DNA of 64,000 nucleotides. Source: Alphaproteobacteria bacterium. Lineage in GTDB: Bacteria; Pseudomonadota; Alphaproteobacteria; SP197. Below, piece after piece: positions 32,865 to 43,604 of the stretch (positions within the stretch are counted from its first letter, which is position 1; every line of letters begins with the position of its first letter). The position numbers were made by a program, and so were the translations under genes. The stretch spans positions 3,456,001-3,520,000 of the forward strand of contig OZ219747.1 of the NCBI GenBank assembly GCA_964291265.2, written 5' to 3'. The notes beneath the pieces were generated by a model. It was not told the origin of the DNA. It did not search any database and worked only from the letters and a program-made list of their open reading frames with translations.

Positions 32865-33842
32865 ATGACGACGCTTGCGACCCCGGATTCCCCTATCGAC
32901 CTTCGCGAGGTGACGGTGCGCCCGACCCGTGGCGCACGTGAGCACCGGCTCTGGGACCGTCTGGTCAAGGAGCATCACTACCTGCGGTTTCACGGCATCA
33001 TCGGCAAGGGCCTGCGCCATGTCGCCCTGCACGGCGAGACCTGGGTGGCGCTGGTCGGCTGGCAGCCGGGCGCGTTCAAGCTTGCTGCACGCGACCGCTG
33101 GATCGGCTGGACTGCGGAGCAGCAGTTCCGACGCCTGCATCTGATCGCGAACAATTCCCGGTTCGTCATTCTTGGCCCGAGAGGGGTGCCGAACCTGGCG
33201 TCCCGCGTGCTCGGCCTGAGCCTTCGGCGGCTGTCCGCCGACATTGAGGCTGCGCACGGATATCCGGTGCTCCTCGCGGAGACGTTCGTCGACATCAAGC
33301 GCTTCGCCGGAACCTGCTATCGCGCGGCGAACTGGCGCTCGCTGACCGGCCTGGAGGCCGGCACCGGATACTCGGTCTCTCTTCAAGCGACGCATCCTGC
33401 CAATCCTGCTGCGGTCTGCCCTCCAGGCGGCAGCGCAAAAGCCAGCGGCACGACCCTCGCGGCCGCGATGCCGACCATCACTCTCACCGCCGCGACGGGG
33501 GACGGGCAGGTGACGTTGTCCTGGACCTATACCAACGACGATGGGGAGGCGTATGATCACTGGCGGTACGCGCAGAAGAAAGGCAGCGGAAGCTACAGCT
33601 TTGGCGTGGAGATTCCCGGCGGCAAGACCGTCCGAACGCACACCGTGACAGGTCTGGAAAACGGCGCCGCATACACTTTCAAGGTCTCACGCGGAGTTAC
33701 GAGTCCTCCACCTGCGATGATCCAGTCAACAGCAGATCCTGACTCCAACGAAGTCACCGCCACACCCACGGCGGCCCCCCCCCCACCACCAAGCCCGCCA
33801 AGCCAACGGGGTTGTCGGCGGAGGCGGGCAACGGGCAGGTGA
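32865..33842 (+). pseudogene. Chimera: truncated DUF4338 domain fused in frame to fibronectin-III repeats; frameshift at C10 tract
   Basis: HHYL...RDRWIGW...NNSRF...NLAS...ETFVD...CYRAANWRSL joins directly to TGLEAGTGYSV and FN3 (VTLSW, VTGLENGAAYTFKV). Frame changes at 33775-33784. Confidence 0.8.
33775..33784 (+). repeat. Poly-C10 homopolymer at the frameshift
   Basis: gcgg-cccccccccc-accacc; C11 or C8 would join the two ORFs. Confidence 0.85.
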
Positions 33843-36800
33843 CGCTGAGATGGAACGACCCGGACGACGATTCGATCACGCGGTATCGGGTGCAGCAGAG
33901 GAAGGGCAGCGCCGCCTGGGGCAGTTGGGCCGCGATTCCCGGTTCGGACGCCGACACGGTGAGCTACACGGTGACGGGTCTGACGAACGACAGCGAGTAC
34001 CGCTTCCGCATCCGGGCGCGGAACAGCGGCGGCAACGGCGCCGCGTCGGCGGTGGTGGAGGCGACGCCGTCGGCGTCGGCGGCGGTTCCCAAGCCGGTGC
34101 TGAGCGCCGAAGCGGGTTACGCCAGGGTCACCCTGAGCTGGAGCGCGCTGTCGGGTGTGACGGTTGCGAGCTGGGGCTATCAGTACAAGCCCGCGGGCGG
34201 CAGCTGGATCAGGACCCGGACGGTCACGGGCGCCAGCACGACGAGCACCACGGTGACGGGACTGACGATCGGCACGGAATACACGTTCCGCCTGTTCGCC
34301 GCAGTCGGTTCCGGTGAGCAGTCGTCCTGGTCGGACCATGTGAAGGCGACGCCGACGAATACGGTTCCCAAGCCGGTTCTGACGGCGGCGGGGGGCGATG
34401 CCTCGGTCACCCTGAGCTGGAACGCCTTGACGAGCATTCCGATCACGAGCTGGGGCTATCAGTACAAGAGCACGGCCGGCTGGAACACGACCACGACGCT
34501 CACGGGCGCAAGCAGGACGAGCGTCCGGGTGACGGGTCTGACGAGGGGCACGGACTACACGTTCCGCCTGTTTGCCGCGGTCCGTCCCGGGGAGCAGTCG
34601 TCCTGGTCGGACGAGGTGACGGCGAAGACCGATCCGGCGGCCCCGGTGCTGACGGCGGCGACTTCGACGACGAACGGGCGGATCGACCTGACCTGGACCC
34701 ATGCCGGCGGCTCGAACGAGTTGTCGGATGCGGACGACTATGTGAAAGACGCGGCCAAGTTCCATTGGTGGAGGGCGCAGACCCGGCTGAAGGGTGAGAC
34801 CGTCTGGACGGATCACAGTCTCAACCAGGCGAGTGCCAGACAGAATCCGGGCTCTCGCAACAATCGGCTTCTGCTGAACTATCCCGACGGGGCATCGGTC
34901 GAGGTCCGGGTTCGGGCGACGGGCTATCGCATGGCGGGTGTGGCCGGGGGAACGGGGAACCTTCAGGGTCCCTGGTCGAACGTCCGTACGGTGACCTTCA
35001 AGGACGACGACACGGCGGCTCTCACGCTGACCGGGACGCCGGTGACGGTGGCGCCCGGTTCCACGGCGACCTACACGGTGGCGCTGACGAAGGCCTATGC
35101 GGGGACGCTGCGGGTGACGAGCGACGCCACGGCGGCGGCGCGGGTCAGTCCGGCGAGCCTGACCTTCACCACCACCAACTACAGCACGGCGCGGACGGTG
35201 ACGGTGACCGGGGTGGCGAACGGCACGGCGGTGATCAACCACGCCTTCCGGCTGACGGGAGCTTCTGCGGATGCGATTCCCGACGCGGGCACGGTGGACG
35301 TGACGGTGGCCGATACGCCGGGGGTGACGGTGTCGACGGCGGTTCTGACGGTGGCGGAAGGCGGCAGCAGGACGTACACGATGCGGCTGAACACGCCGCC
35401 GTCATCGGATGTGACGATCACGGTGACGGGCGCGTCGCTGACCTTCACCCGGACCAACTGGAACCAGCCGCAGACGGTGACGGTGAACGCAGGCACGGAC
35501 ACGGACACGACGACGGACGCCGCCGTAACGCTGACCCACAGCGCGTCTGGCGGCGGCTACGCCTCGGTGACCATCGCCTCTGTGGTGGTGAGCGTGGCGG
35601 AGAAGGATGTGGCGCCCGGGAAGCCGGCCGGCCTTGCCGGCGCGGCGGGCAACGCTTCGGTGACGCTGAGCTGGACCGACCCGGACAATCCGACCATCAC
35701 CAAGTGGCAGGTGCGGCGGAAGTCCGGCAGCGACGACTGGGGCGCGTGGGAGGACATTCCCGGCTCCGCTGCGGGCACCACCAGCTACGAGGTGAGCGGT
35801 CTGACGAACGGCATTGCCTACCAGTTCGAGGTGCGCGCGGTGAACGGGGCCGGCAACGGCGCCGGTCCGGATGCGCCGGTGACGGCGACGCCGGCGGCGC
35901 CGGTGGCGCCCGGCGGTGGCGGCGGTGGCGGCGGTGGCGGAGGCGGCACGACGCCCACCGCAGACGCAAGCGTGACGGTGACGCCGACCGCGCTGACGGT
36001 GGCGGAGGGGAGCAGTGCCGTCTACACGGTGGTGCTGGACACCGAGCCCTCGGGCGATGTCACGGTGACGGTGGACGGCGCCTCGGGCGAGGTGACGGTG
36101 GAACCGGCGAGCCTGACCTTCACCACGGCCAACTGGGACACGGCGCAACGGGTGACGGTGCGCGCGGCCCGTGACGAGGACACGACCGACGACACGGCGA
36201 CGCTGACCCATGGTGCGAGCGGCGGCGGCTACGCGTCGGTGACCATCGATTCGGTGGCGGTGACGGTGACGGACACGACGCTCCTGCCGGTGCTGACCCT
36301 GGCGCAGGATCCGGCGGCGGTGACCGAGGGCGAGGCCATCCGCCTCGTGGTGAGCGCCGACCGGGCGCTGACGGGCAGCCTGAGGGTGAGCCTGACCCTG
36401 GCGTCCCGGGACGGCGGCGGCTTCGATGCCGGGGACGTTCCAGGCGGCCTGGGTCCGCGTTCGTTCGATGCGGTGTTCGGCGCCGCGGGGCGGCGAACGG
36501 GCGTGGTGACGATCCCGACGGCGGCCGATGCGGATGCGGAAGGCGCGGAAGCCTACCGCATCACGCTGAACGATGCGGCGGACTACGTGGTGGGGAACGA
36601 CGCCACGGCGCTTGGCGTTCTGCGCGACCGGGCGGCGGGGTCCATGGCAAGGTCGAACCGGGTGAATGCGGCGGTGCTGCCGCACGTGGCGGCGGCGGCG
36701 ATGTCGCAGACCCTGGGGGCGGTGACGGGTCGCATCGAGGCGGTGGCCTCCGGCGAGGGGGGCGGCACGGTGCAGTTCGGCGCCCTGCCGTCACCGGTGG

Positions 36801-37609
36801 AGAACGCGTGGGCGTCGCCGCACCCGGAGGAGCCCGGCCCGAGCATGGCGGAGGTGCTGGACGGCGCCTCCTTCACCCTGGCGGCGGGCGCCGAGGGCGA
36901 GGCCTCCGCGCCGCCGCTGGCCGTGTGGGGCCGGGGCGCGTGGCTGTCGCTGTCGGGTTCGCAAGGCGGCGTGTCGTGGGACGGCGGCCTGTGGTCGGCG
37001 CAGCTGGGGGCGGACGTGCGCCTGCGCCCCGACCTTCTGGCCGGGGCGGCGCTCTCCCATGTGCGGGGCGAGCTGGACACGCAGACGGACCAGGTGAAGG
37101 GCGTTCACGAGACCACGATCACGTCGGTGCATCCCTATGCGGCGTGGTTGCTGGCGGACGGCTCGACCCTGTGGGCGAGCCTCGGCTACGGGACCGGCGA
37201 GGTGCGGATTGCCGAGGAGGGGGCGCCGGTGATGAGCACGGACCTGGCGCAGTGGAGCGCGGCGGCGGGCGCCCGCAGCGTCCTCATCGAGCATGCGGAC
37301 CTCATCGAGGGCGGCATGACGCGCCTTGCGGTCAAGGGCGAGGGCGCGCTGGCGCGCCTGCGCACGGGGTCCGATGACGGCCTGGCGGGGCTGACGGCGA
37401 GGACGACCCGCCTGCGGCTGCTGCTGGAGGGGTCGCACGAGCATGCGCTGGCAAGCGGTGCGACGCTGACCCCGGCCCTGGAGGCGGGGGTGCGCCATGA
37501 CGCGGGCGACGCCGCCGAGGGGGCGGGCCTCGAGGCCGGGGCGAGCGTGACATGGCGGGACCCGGCGGAGGGTCTGACGGCGGAGCTGCGCACGCGGCTC
37601 CTGGCGGCC
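33812..37609 (+). pseudogene. Fibronectin-III / Ig-like repeat autotransporter adhesin, 5' part, interrupted by IS
   Basis: Multiple FN3 repeats (GLTNDSEYRFRIRARN), LTFTTxNW Ig/cadherin-like repeats, Gly linker and beta-barrel strands (AVWGRG, GADVRL, HPYAAW, PALEAGVRHD). Confidence 0.85.
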
Positions 37610-40051
37610 CAAAGGCATTCGGATAAGTTTTTCCTGCGTTCGGATAAAAAAGTCCCCCGACTTCGGGTTTTTGCCCGAAGCCGGGGGCCTGTCTGGCGGC
37701 TGGCGTTGGTGTCAGGCGGGTACCCGTTTCTGCCACTTGCTCCTTGGCTGCTTCGACTGCCGCACGTAGCTGCGCCCGGGCCTTTCGCGCTGGATGCAGC
37801 GCGAGAGCCCGGACATGATCCGCCTGACGGACTGGACGACCATGGCGCTCTGTGCGAGGAACATGGCCTCGATCTCCTTGCCGACGAGGCGCAGGCTGTT
37901 GCGGAAGTTGGTGCGCATGGCCGGCAGGTCGTCGCCGTCGTCGATGTCGTTGTCGCAGCGGTTCGCGAACTGGCGGGCGAGGGTGATGAGGACGAAGGCG
38001 GCGTAGAGTTCCTGGCGGACGCCGCGCCTGGACTTGGCGTGGAAGGCCTCGATCAGGAACTTGCCGGTCTTGTACATTTCCTCCACGCCCCAACGAGCAT
38101 GATAGAGATCGGAGAGTGCGGGGACGGGATAGCGGCTGCCGTCGAGCAGGGAGGTCGCGATGTAGTACTCCGTGTCGGCATACCGGTACCTGACGAGGCG
38201 GACGCGCAGGGTCTTCGAGCGTAGCGCGGTCTCGTCCCTGGGGGCGTCGAGGGTGATGGTCCGGTCGTCCTCGCCGGAGGCGATGAAGGCGTCGAACACG
38301 GGGTTGGCGCCTTTCTGGATGCGGAACACGAAGTTGAGTTTGCGCTCCTGATGAGCGAGGGCCATGGCGAAGGAGTAGTAGCCCCGGTCGTAGACGATGA
38401 CATCGCCTTCGGCAGCATGGTCGAGGTGCACGAGGGCGGCTGCCCGCTCGTTCTCGTGGTCGAACAGGTCGAAGTCGATCGGGATGCGGTCATTGAGCCG
38501 GTAGAGTGTGCTGACCATGCCCTGGGGGTAGTGGGCGCCGTCGCTCACACGATAGCCGTACTGTGCGAGTTCCCTGGGCAGGGTGATCTTCGAGCCGTCG
38601 ACGGCGAGAGTCCTGTGACCCTTCCACAGCGTGCACTCGGGACAGTGGGCGAGGATCTCCGCGTGCAGGCGCTTGAACGCGGCCTCGTCGAGCTTCTCCC
38701 GCGCCTCGCAGGCCGTCGATGCCGCTGGAGGCTCCGCCTGCGGCAGCTCGATGCCTGCGGCCTCGCAATGCTCCCAGAGTTCGCTGAGCGTGGTCCCGTA
38801 GCCTTGCCCGCGCGACGCGGCAACGAGGCGGAGCACGAACAGCATGATCAGCAGGCTGTTGAAGACCCGCCGACGTTTCTGCCAGCGCGCGTCCTCGCGT
38901 TCCGCAATCGCAACGGCGGCCGCAACAAGCGCCTCCCAGCGCTTCGAGAACCGCCGGTCGGCGATGGCGGACCGTCCCCGTTCAGCACGCGTCGCAGGCT
39001 TCTTCCTCGCCGCGCCGCTCTCCGAGCGCAGGATCTCGCGAGCACCCCGCTCAAGCGCCAGTACGTAGACCCCTTTGCGCGACTTGCCCCGGCCCGCGGT
39101 ATCACCGATGCGTTGCCAGTTGGCCGCACGGTAGCACGAGGCCTTGAACCGGGTCTCGTCGACGAAGGTCTCGATGAGGACGGGACGCCAGCCGTGAAGA
39201 CGCTCCCAGTCGTCGGCGAGGCGGCGCGTCGCCATGGCCAGGGCCGAGGACGCAAGGTTCTTCGAGACGACCCAGGGAAACACCAGGTACCTTGAATTGA
39301 CCGTCATCAGGTGCCGCTTGCTGTCACGCCTGCGGTTCGTCCAGCCGATCCAGCGGTCCCGGCAGGGAAGTGTCTTCGTTGTCGCCTCGAACAGGATGCA
39401 GCCCAGCTTGCGCCCCTGCCTGTCGGTGACGAAGTAGCGGACATGCGCCCCGTAGGGGCGCTTGTAGCCGAGGTAATGATACCGGTCGACGAAGGCGTTC
39501 CACAGCTGCCGCCCCTCGGTGTCGGTGACGGGCTCGACGCGAAGCGGGCACAGTTCCGACAGCGGCGCCACGATCTCCGGCTGCGGGTCCGAGGCCGAGG
39601 TCCAGGCAGGGGGGCAGGTCATGTCGCGGACGTGGTCCTCGCGCAAGGGCGGCAAGGTCAGGATGCCGCAGCGCTCCAGGGTCTCCAGCATCCCGAGGCA
39701 GGCCCCGACCTTGTAGGCGCCCTTCGCCGTCTTCCAGTGCAGATGCTCGCAGATGGTCTTCGCCAGCTCGTTGCGGCTGTCATGGGGAAACATCTCCACG
39801 GTCTCCTGGGCATCCGCGATCTGCTGGCGGGTCAGGCGGCGGCCCGAGAAGGTGGTCGACGGCAGGGCGACGATTCGCTGGTCCATGAGTGCTTCCGCAT
39901 CACCGATTCGGGGACATCTTGCAAATCAGCGAATGCTTGTCAAGCAATGCGTGTGGAAAAACGTCCGAGAAAAGTAAAGTCCTTTATGTCAATGGGTTGA
40001 CGGCGTAGGACAAGCCGCCGTTACATCGGCAGACATGCCCGAATACCATTG
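37610..40051 (-). mobile_element. IS4-family insertion sequence with DUF4338 fusion (second type)
   Basis: IR CAAAGGCATTCGG / CAATGGTATTCGG; exact 10-bp TSD CCTGGCGGCC (37600-37609, 40052-40061). Confidence 0.9.
37712..39886 (-). CDS. DUF4338 domain fused to an IS4-family DDE_Tnp_1 transposase, 724 aa
   Basis: YHYLG...RDRWIGW...NSRYL...KNLAS...ETFVD...CYRAANW; then AVDGS, YDRGY and YHARWGVEEMYK. Confidence 0.9.
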   Translation of the reverse strand: MDQRIVALPSTTFSGRRLTRQQIADAQETVEMFPHDSRNELAKTICEHLHWKTAKGAYKVGACLGMLETLERCGILTLPPLREDHVRDMTCPPAWTSASDPQPEIVAPLSELCPLRVEPVTDTEGRQLWNAFVDRYHYLGYKRPYGAHVRYFVTDRQGRKLGCILFEATTKTLPCRDRWIGWTNRRRDSKRHLMTVNSRYLVFPWVVSKNLASSALAMATRRLADDWERLHGWRPVLIETFVDETRFKASCYRAANWQRIGDTAGRGKSRKGVYVLALERGAREILRSESGAARKKPATRAERGRSAIADRRFSKRWEALVAAAVAIAEREDARWQKRRRVFNSLLIMLFVLRLVAASRGQGYGTTLSELWEHCEAAGIELPQAEPPAASTACEAREKLDEAAFKRLHAEILAHCPECTLWKGHRTLAVDGSKITLPRELAQYGYRVSDGAHYPQGMVSTLYRLNDRIPIDFDLFDHENERAAALVHLDHAAEGDVIVYDRGYYSFAMALAHQERKLNFVFRIQKGANPVFDAFIASGEDDRTITLDAPRDETALRSKTLRVRLVRYRYADTEYYIATSLLDGSRYPVPALSDLYHARWGVEEMYKTGKFLIEAFHAKSRRGVRQELYAAFVLITLARQFANRCDNDIDDGDDLPAMRTNFRNSLRLVGKEIEAMFLAQSAMVVQSVRRIMSGLSRCIQRERPGRSYVRQSKQPRSKWQKRVPA

Positions 40052-40061
40052 CCTGGCGGCC

Positions 40062-40469
40062 CACGAGGCGGACCGTGACGAGTGGGGTGTGAGCGCCCTG
40101 GTGCGCCTCGACCCCGGGGCCGACGGGCTTGGGACCTTCCTTGCCTTCGGTCCCGCGCACGGGCGCACCGAGAGCGATCTGGGGGAACTGTTCGACCACG
40201 GCCTGCCCGCGGCCGTCTCCGACACGACATCGGCAGAGGGCCGCCTGGAGGCGGAGGTGGGCCACGGCTTCGGCCTTGCCGGTCCGGGGCCTCTCGCGGT
40301 GCTCACCCCCTGGGCCGGGATGAGCCTGGCGGAGACAGGCGGGCGCACCCTGCGGCTCGGCGCCCGCTACCGCATGGGCGCGGGACTCTCCCTCGGCCTC
40401 GAGGGCGCGCACCGGCCGGGCCCGGTCAGCGAAGACAGCCTCATGCTGCGCGGCGCCCTCAACTGGTAG
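40062..40469 (+). pseudogene. 3' remainder of the autotransporter beta-barrel
   Basis: Removing the IS and one TSD gives RLLAA-HEADRDEWGVSALVRL..., ending LRGALNW* with a terminal aromatic residue. Confidence 0.85.
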
Positions 40470-40511
40470 GAGAGGCGCGTTAAGGTCTTCAACACGGCGC
40501 TCATCCGAAGT

Positions 40512-40589
40512 GTGAGCATTCGGTCAGAGGGTGGCGATTATTCGCTCAGTGCTGTCATCGTCCCCATCACCGGGTGACCGAACGCTTAC
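40512..40589. mobile_element. IS66-type MITE (78 bp, one degenerate IR)
   Basis: GTGAGCATTCGGTCAG (13/16 match) ... GTGACCGAACGCTTAC; shares CTGAGCGAATA with the left MITE. Confidence 0.6.
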
Positions 40590-40615
40590 CGCCGTGAAGG
40601 CACGTCGGCTCTCGT

Positions 40616-41800
40616 TCACCCGGCCTTGAAGTGCTTGGAAAGCGCGAGCGACTGGCCCTGGTAGTGGCTTCCGAGATCGGCGCCGTAGAGGATCGATGGA
40701 CGCTCTGTCAGGCGTTCGAAGGCAAGACGTCCCATCGTCTGGCCGTGCTCGAGGAGGAAGGGGACCTCATGACTGCGAACCTCGAGGACGGCCTTGGCCC
40801 CGGCACCACCGCTCTCGCTCCAGCCAAAGCCGGGATCGAAGAACCCCGCATAGTGCACCCGGAACTCGCCCACGAGCGTGTCGTAGGCTGCCATCTCGGC
40901 CGCATGGTCGGGCGGAACCCTCACCCGTTCCCGGGTGGCGAGGATGTGAAACTCGTCGGGATCGAGGATCAGGCTGGACGCGGCGCAAATGGGCTCCCAG
41001 AACTGCGCCGCCTCGAGTTCTCCCCTGCCGTCGACATCGACAACCCCGGTGTTGCGCCTGGCGCGATATCCGACGAGGGAGCCGGGCCCCGAACCCTCGA
41101 GATCCAGGGTCAGGGCCACCGTGTTGCCGCGAATCGATGCATCCGGGGTGTCGACAAGACGTTGCTCGTCGTGAAGCTGGCGAAGCCTTTCCTCGCCAAG
41201 GGGCGGGCTGCCTCGCCGGAATCTGATCTGTGCGAGGCGGGACCCGCGGCGCACCAGAACGGAGAAGGTGCGGGGCGAAACCTCTGCATAGAGGCGACCC
41301 TTGTAGCCTGGCGCCACCCTGTCGAACTCCGTCGCGTAGTCCGTGATGACCCGCGTGAAGACGTCGACCCGGCCGATCGAGCTCTTCGGATTGAGAAGGC
41401 CGGAGATTTCGTGCTGCGCCTTCAGACGCAGGCTCTCCTGGAGCGGAATGATGTAGACGCAGCCCCGTTCGAGAACGGCACCTCGGGCGAGATCGATTTC
41501 GTGCATGATACCCGCGGTTCCCGCGAGCTTGTCCTCGACGGTCGAACGCGGCCCCGGCAGGAACGAGGAACGCACTCGCCATGCCACGTCGCTCAGCCTG
41601 AGGTCCAGACTCGCCGGTTGCAGCTGACCGTCCACAAGAGGGGTACCCGGATCGATTGTCGAACCGACCAGCCCCGCCAGATGCTGATAGGGCAGCACGC
41701 CGGTCGTGAATTGCGCTCCGGTCGTGACAGTGCTTTCCGGAAAGACATGAGGCAGCCTTGGAGCGGATGTCCAGCCCTGCCCGCCCTTGGAACTGGTCAT
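40616..41800 (-). CDS. dcd: dCTP deaminase (alphaproteobacterial long form)
   Basis: QPASLDLRL, NPKSSIGRVDVFTR, HYAGFFDPGFG and YQGQSLALSKHF; start uncertain. Confidence 0.9.
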   Translation of the reverse strand: MTSSKGGQGWTSAPRLPHVFPESTVTTGAQFTTGVLPYQHLAGLVGSTIDPGTPLVDGQLQPASLDLRLSDVAWRVRSSFLPGPRSTVEDKLAGTAGIMHEIDLARGAVLERGCVYIIPLQESLRLKAQHEISGLLNPKSSIGRVDVFTRVITDYATEFDRVAPGYKGRLYAEVSPRTFSVLVRRGSRLAQIRFRRGSPPLGEERLRQLHDEQRLVDTPDASIRGNTVALTLDLEGSGPGSLVGYRARRNTGVVDVDGRGELEAAQFWEPICAASSLILDPDEFHILATRERVRVPPDHAAEMAAYDTLVGEFRVHYAGFFDPGFGWSESGGAGAKAVLEVRSHEVPFLLEHGQTMGRLAFERLTERPSILYGADLGSHYQGQSLALSKHFKAG

Positions 41801-41950
41801 GAAACTCCCGAGGTCATCAGCCGGAAGTCTATCATCCCATCTCCACAGGTCATCCCCGGGTGGGGAAAGAAGGGCTCGCGGACAGCACATGCGGGCTCTG
41901 GGTTGCGAGACCTTCAACCGCAGCGCCACCTGGTCGAACCTCCCGGTGCC

Positions 41951-42120
41951 TTGTCATGCCGGATCGTTGCTTGCGTGGTACCCGCCAAGGTGGGAACAAG
42001 AGGAGCCGGAATGCTCCCGAGGCTTAAGTCGCAACACTCCCGCGGGCGCCAGGGCCCGGAGTGAACCTGGCTGCGGCTCCGGCGGCCACCTAAGCTGGCA
42101 GGGTCCGACGCGCGTGACAA
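41951..42120 (+). ncRNA. Candidate structured RNA (~170 nt), family unassigned
   Basis: Nested complementary stems: TTGTCATGC/GCGTGACAA, CGGATC/GGTCCG, GCTT..GTGGT/GCCAC..AAGC, CCCGCC/GGTGGG, GGAGCCG/CGGCTCC, GCCAGG/CCTGGC. Confidence 0.5.
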
Positions 42121-42242
42121 TCCCCTCTGGAAAGGGATGCCCTGCAAAGGGCCGCGGCCCCGCGGCGATGGGGTGCCGGGACGGTGCATGTCGTTGCCAT
42201 GAGCGCACTTGCGGGTTCGGCTGGCAAGGGTGAGACTGCGCC

Positions 42243-43604
42243 ATGAACACGCCTATCCATGTCATTGGCGGTGGCCTGGCCGGATGCGAGGCCGCCTGGC
42301 AGGTCGCGCGCGGGGGTGCCAGGGTCGTGCTACACGAGATGCGTCCGCACCGCACCGGCGATGCCCACACGACCGACACGCTTGCCGAACTGGTGTGTTC
42401 CAACTCCTTTCGTTCGGATGATGCCGCAACGAATGCCGTGGGCCTACTTCACGAGGAACTGCGGCACGCCGATTCCGTCATCATGGCGGCCGCCGACCAC
42501 CACAAGGTGCCAGCCGGGAGTGCTCTGGCTGTCGATCGGCATGGATTTTCCCGCGAGGTGGAAAAAGCCATCACGTCCGCGCCGCTCATCGAGGTGCGTC
42601 GCGAAGAGGTCCCTTCCCTGCCCGGGCCGGAGGACTGCCTGGCGATTGTCGCCACAGGTCCTCTCACGGCGCCTGGTCTCGCCGCCGACATCCAGCGTGC
42701 GACCGGCCGGGACGCCCTCGCCTTCTTCGACGCCATCGCTCCGGTGGTCCACCGCGACAGCATCGACTTCGACATCGCCTGGTTCCAGTCCCGCTACGAC
42801 AAGCCGGGACCGGCTGGAGACACCGCCGCCTACATCAACTGTCCCCTCACCCTCGAGGAATACGATTCCTTCATCGACAGGGTGTGTGCGGCAGACCTGA
42901 CACCCTTTCGCGACTGGGAAAGGGAAACGCCGTGGTTCGAGGGGTGTCTCCCCATTGAGGTGCTGGCCCGGCGCGGACGCAACACCCTGCGCTTCGGACC
43001 GATGAAGCCCGTCGGTCTGATCAACCCCACCACCGGGGAGAGACCCTTCGCTGTCGTGCAGCTTCGCCAGGACAACGCCCTTGGAACCCTGTTCAACATG
43101 GTCGGTTTCCAGACCAAGATGCGCCACGGTGATCAGGTCGGGGTCTTCCGCACCATCCCCGGGCTCGGCGATGCCCGCTTCGCACGCCTGGGCGGAGTCC
43201 ATCGAAACACCTTCATCAACAGCCCGCACCTGCTCGATGGCGCGCTGCGACTGCGCCAGCGGCCGCACCTGAGGTTTGCCGGGCAGATCACCGGAGTCGA
43301 GGGCTATGTCGAGAGCACGGCGATCGGTCTTCTTGCCGGCCGCTTTGCGTTGCTGGAGAGCCGTTCGGAGGCCATCGTTCCGCCACCGGCGACGACGGCC
43401 CTCGGCGCCCTCCTCAACCACGTCACCACCGGGGCGGATGCCCGGACTTTCCAGCCGATGAACTGCAATTTCGGCCTCTTCCCCTCCCCGGGACCCGATC
43501 TCGGAAAAGCCGCGCGGCGGTCCGCGATCGTCAGTGCGGCGCGAGCTGACCTGGATGCCTGGCTGGCGGGCGGGTGTAGACATCGGGCAGGCGATGTCAT
43601 ATGA
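42243..43604 (+). CDS. trmFO: Methylenetetrahydrofolate-tRNA-(uracil-54-C5)-methyltransferase
   Basis: [27 protein letters not shown] and [10 protein letters not shown]. Confidence 0.97.
   Translation: MNTPIHVIGGGLAGCEAAWQVARGGARVVLHEMRPHRTGDAHTTDTLAELVCSNSFRSDDAATNAVGLLHEELRHADSVIMAAADHHKVPAGSALAVDRHGFSREVEKAITSAPLIEVRREEVPSLPGPEDCLAIVATGPLTAPGLAADIQRATGRDALAFFDAIAPVVHRDSIDFDIAWFQSRYDKPGPAGDTAAYINCPLTLEEYDSFIDRVCAADLTPFRDWERETPWFEGCLPIEVLARRGRNTLRFGPMKPVGLINPTTGERPFAVVQLRQDNALGTLFNMVGFQTKMRHGDQVGVFRTIPGLGDARFARLGGVHRNTFINSPHLLDGALRLRQRPHLRFAGQITGVEGYVESTAIGLLAGRFALLESRSEAIVPPPATTALGALLNHVTTGADARTFQPMNCNFGLFPSPGPDLGKAARRSAIVSAARADLDAWLAGGCRHRAGDVI

Larger units (their letters stand above)
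30085..40589. mobile_element. Non-autonomous composite element with IS66-type ends carrying an FN3 autotransporter
   Basis: Terminal IRs GCAA(G/A)CGTTCGGTCAC (30085-30091 continued at 32521-32536 after a nested IS) and GTAAGCGTTCGGTCAC (rc of 40574-40589). Exact 8-bp flanking duplication CGCCGTGA at 30077-30084 and 40590-40597. Confidence 0.75.

Noticed and set aside
35912-35947. GGC/GGT microsatellite as a contingency locus
   Set aside because: In-frame poly-Gly linker; unit changes would not shift the frame.
37610-38224. C-terminal ~200 aa of the 1470-aa ORF as part of the adhesin
   Set aside because: It is read-through into the antisense strand of the inserted IS; the true C-terminus is at 40062-40469.
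30103-39886. Druantia anti-phage system (DruA hits)
   Set aside because: DUF4338 copies lie inside IS elements, and no DruE helicase or other dru genes are present in the window.
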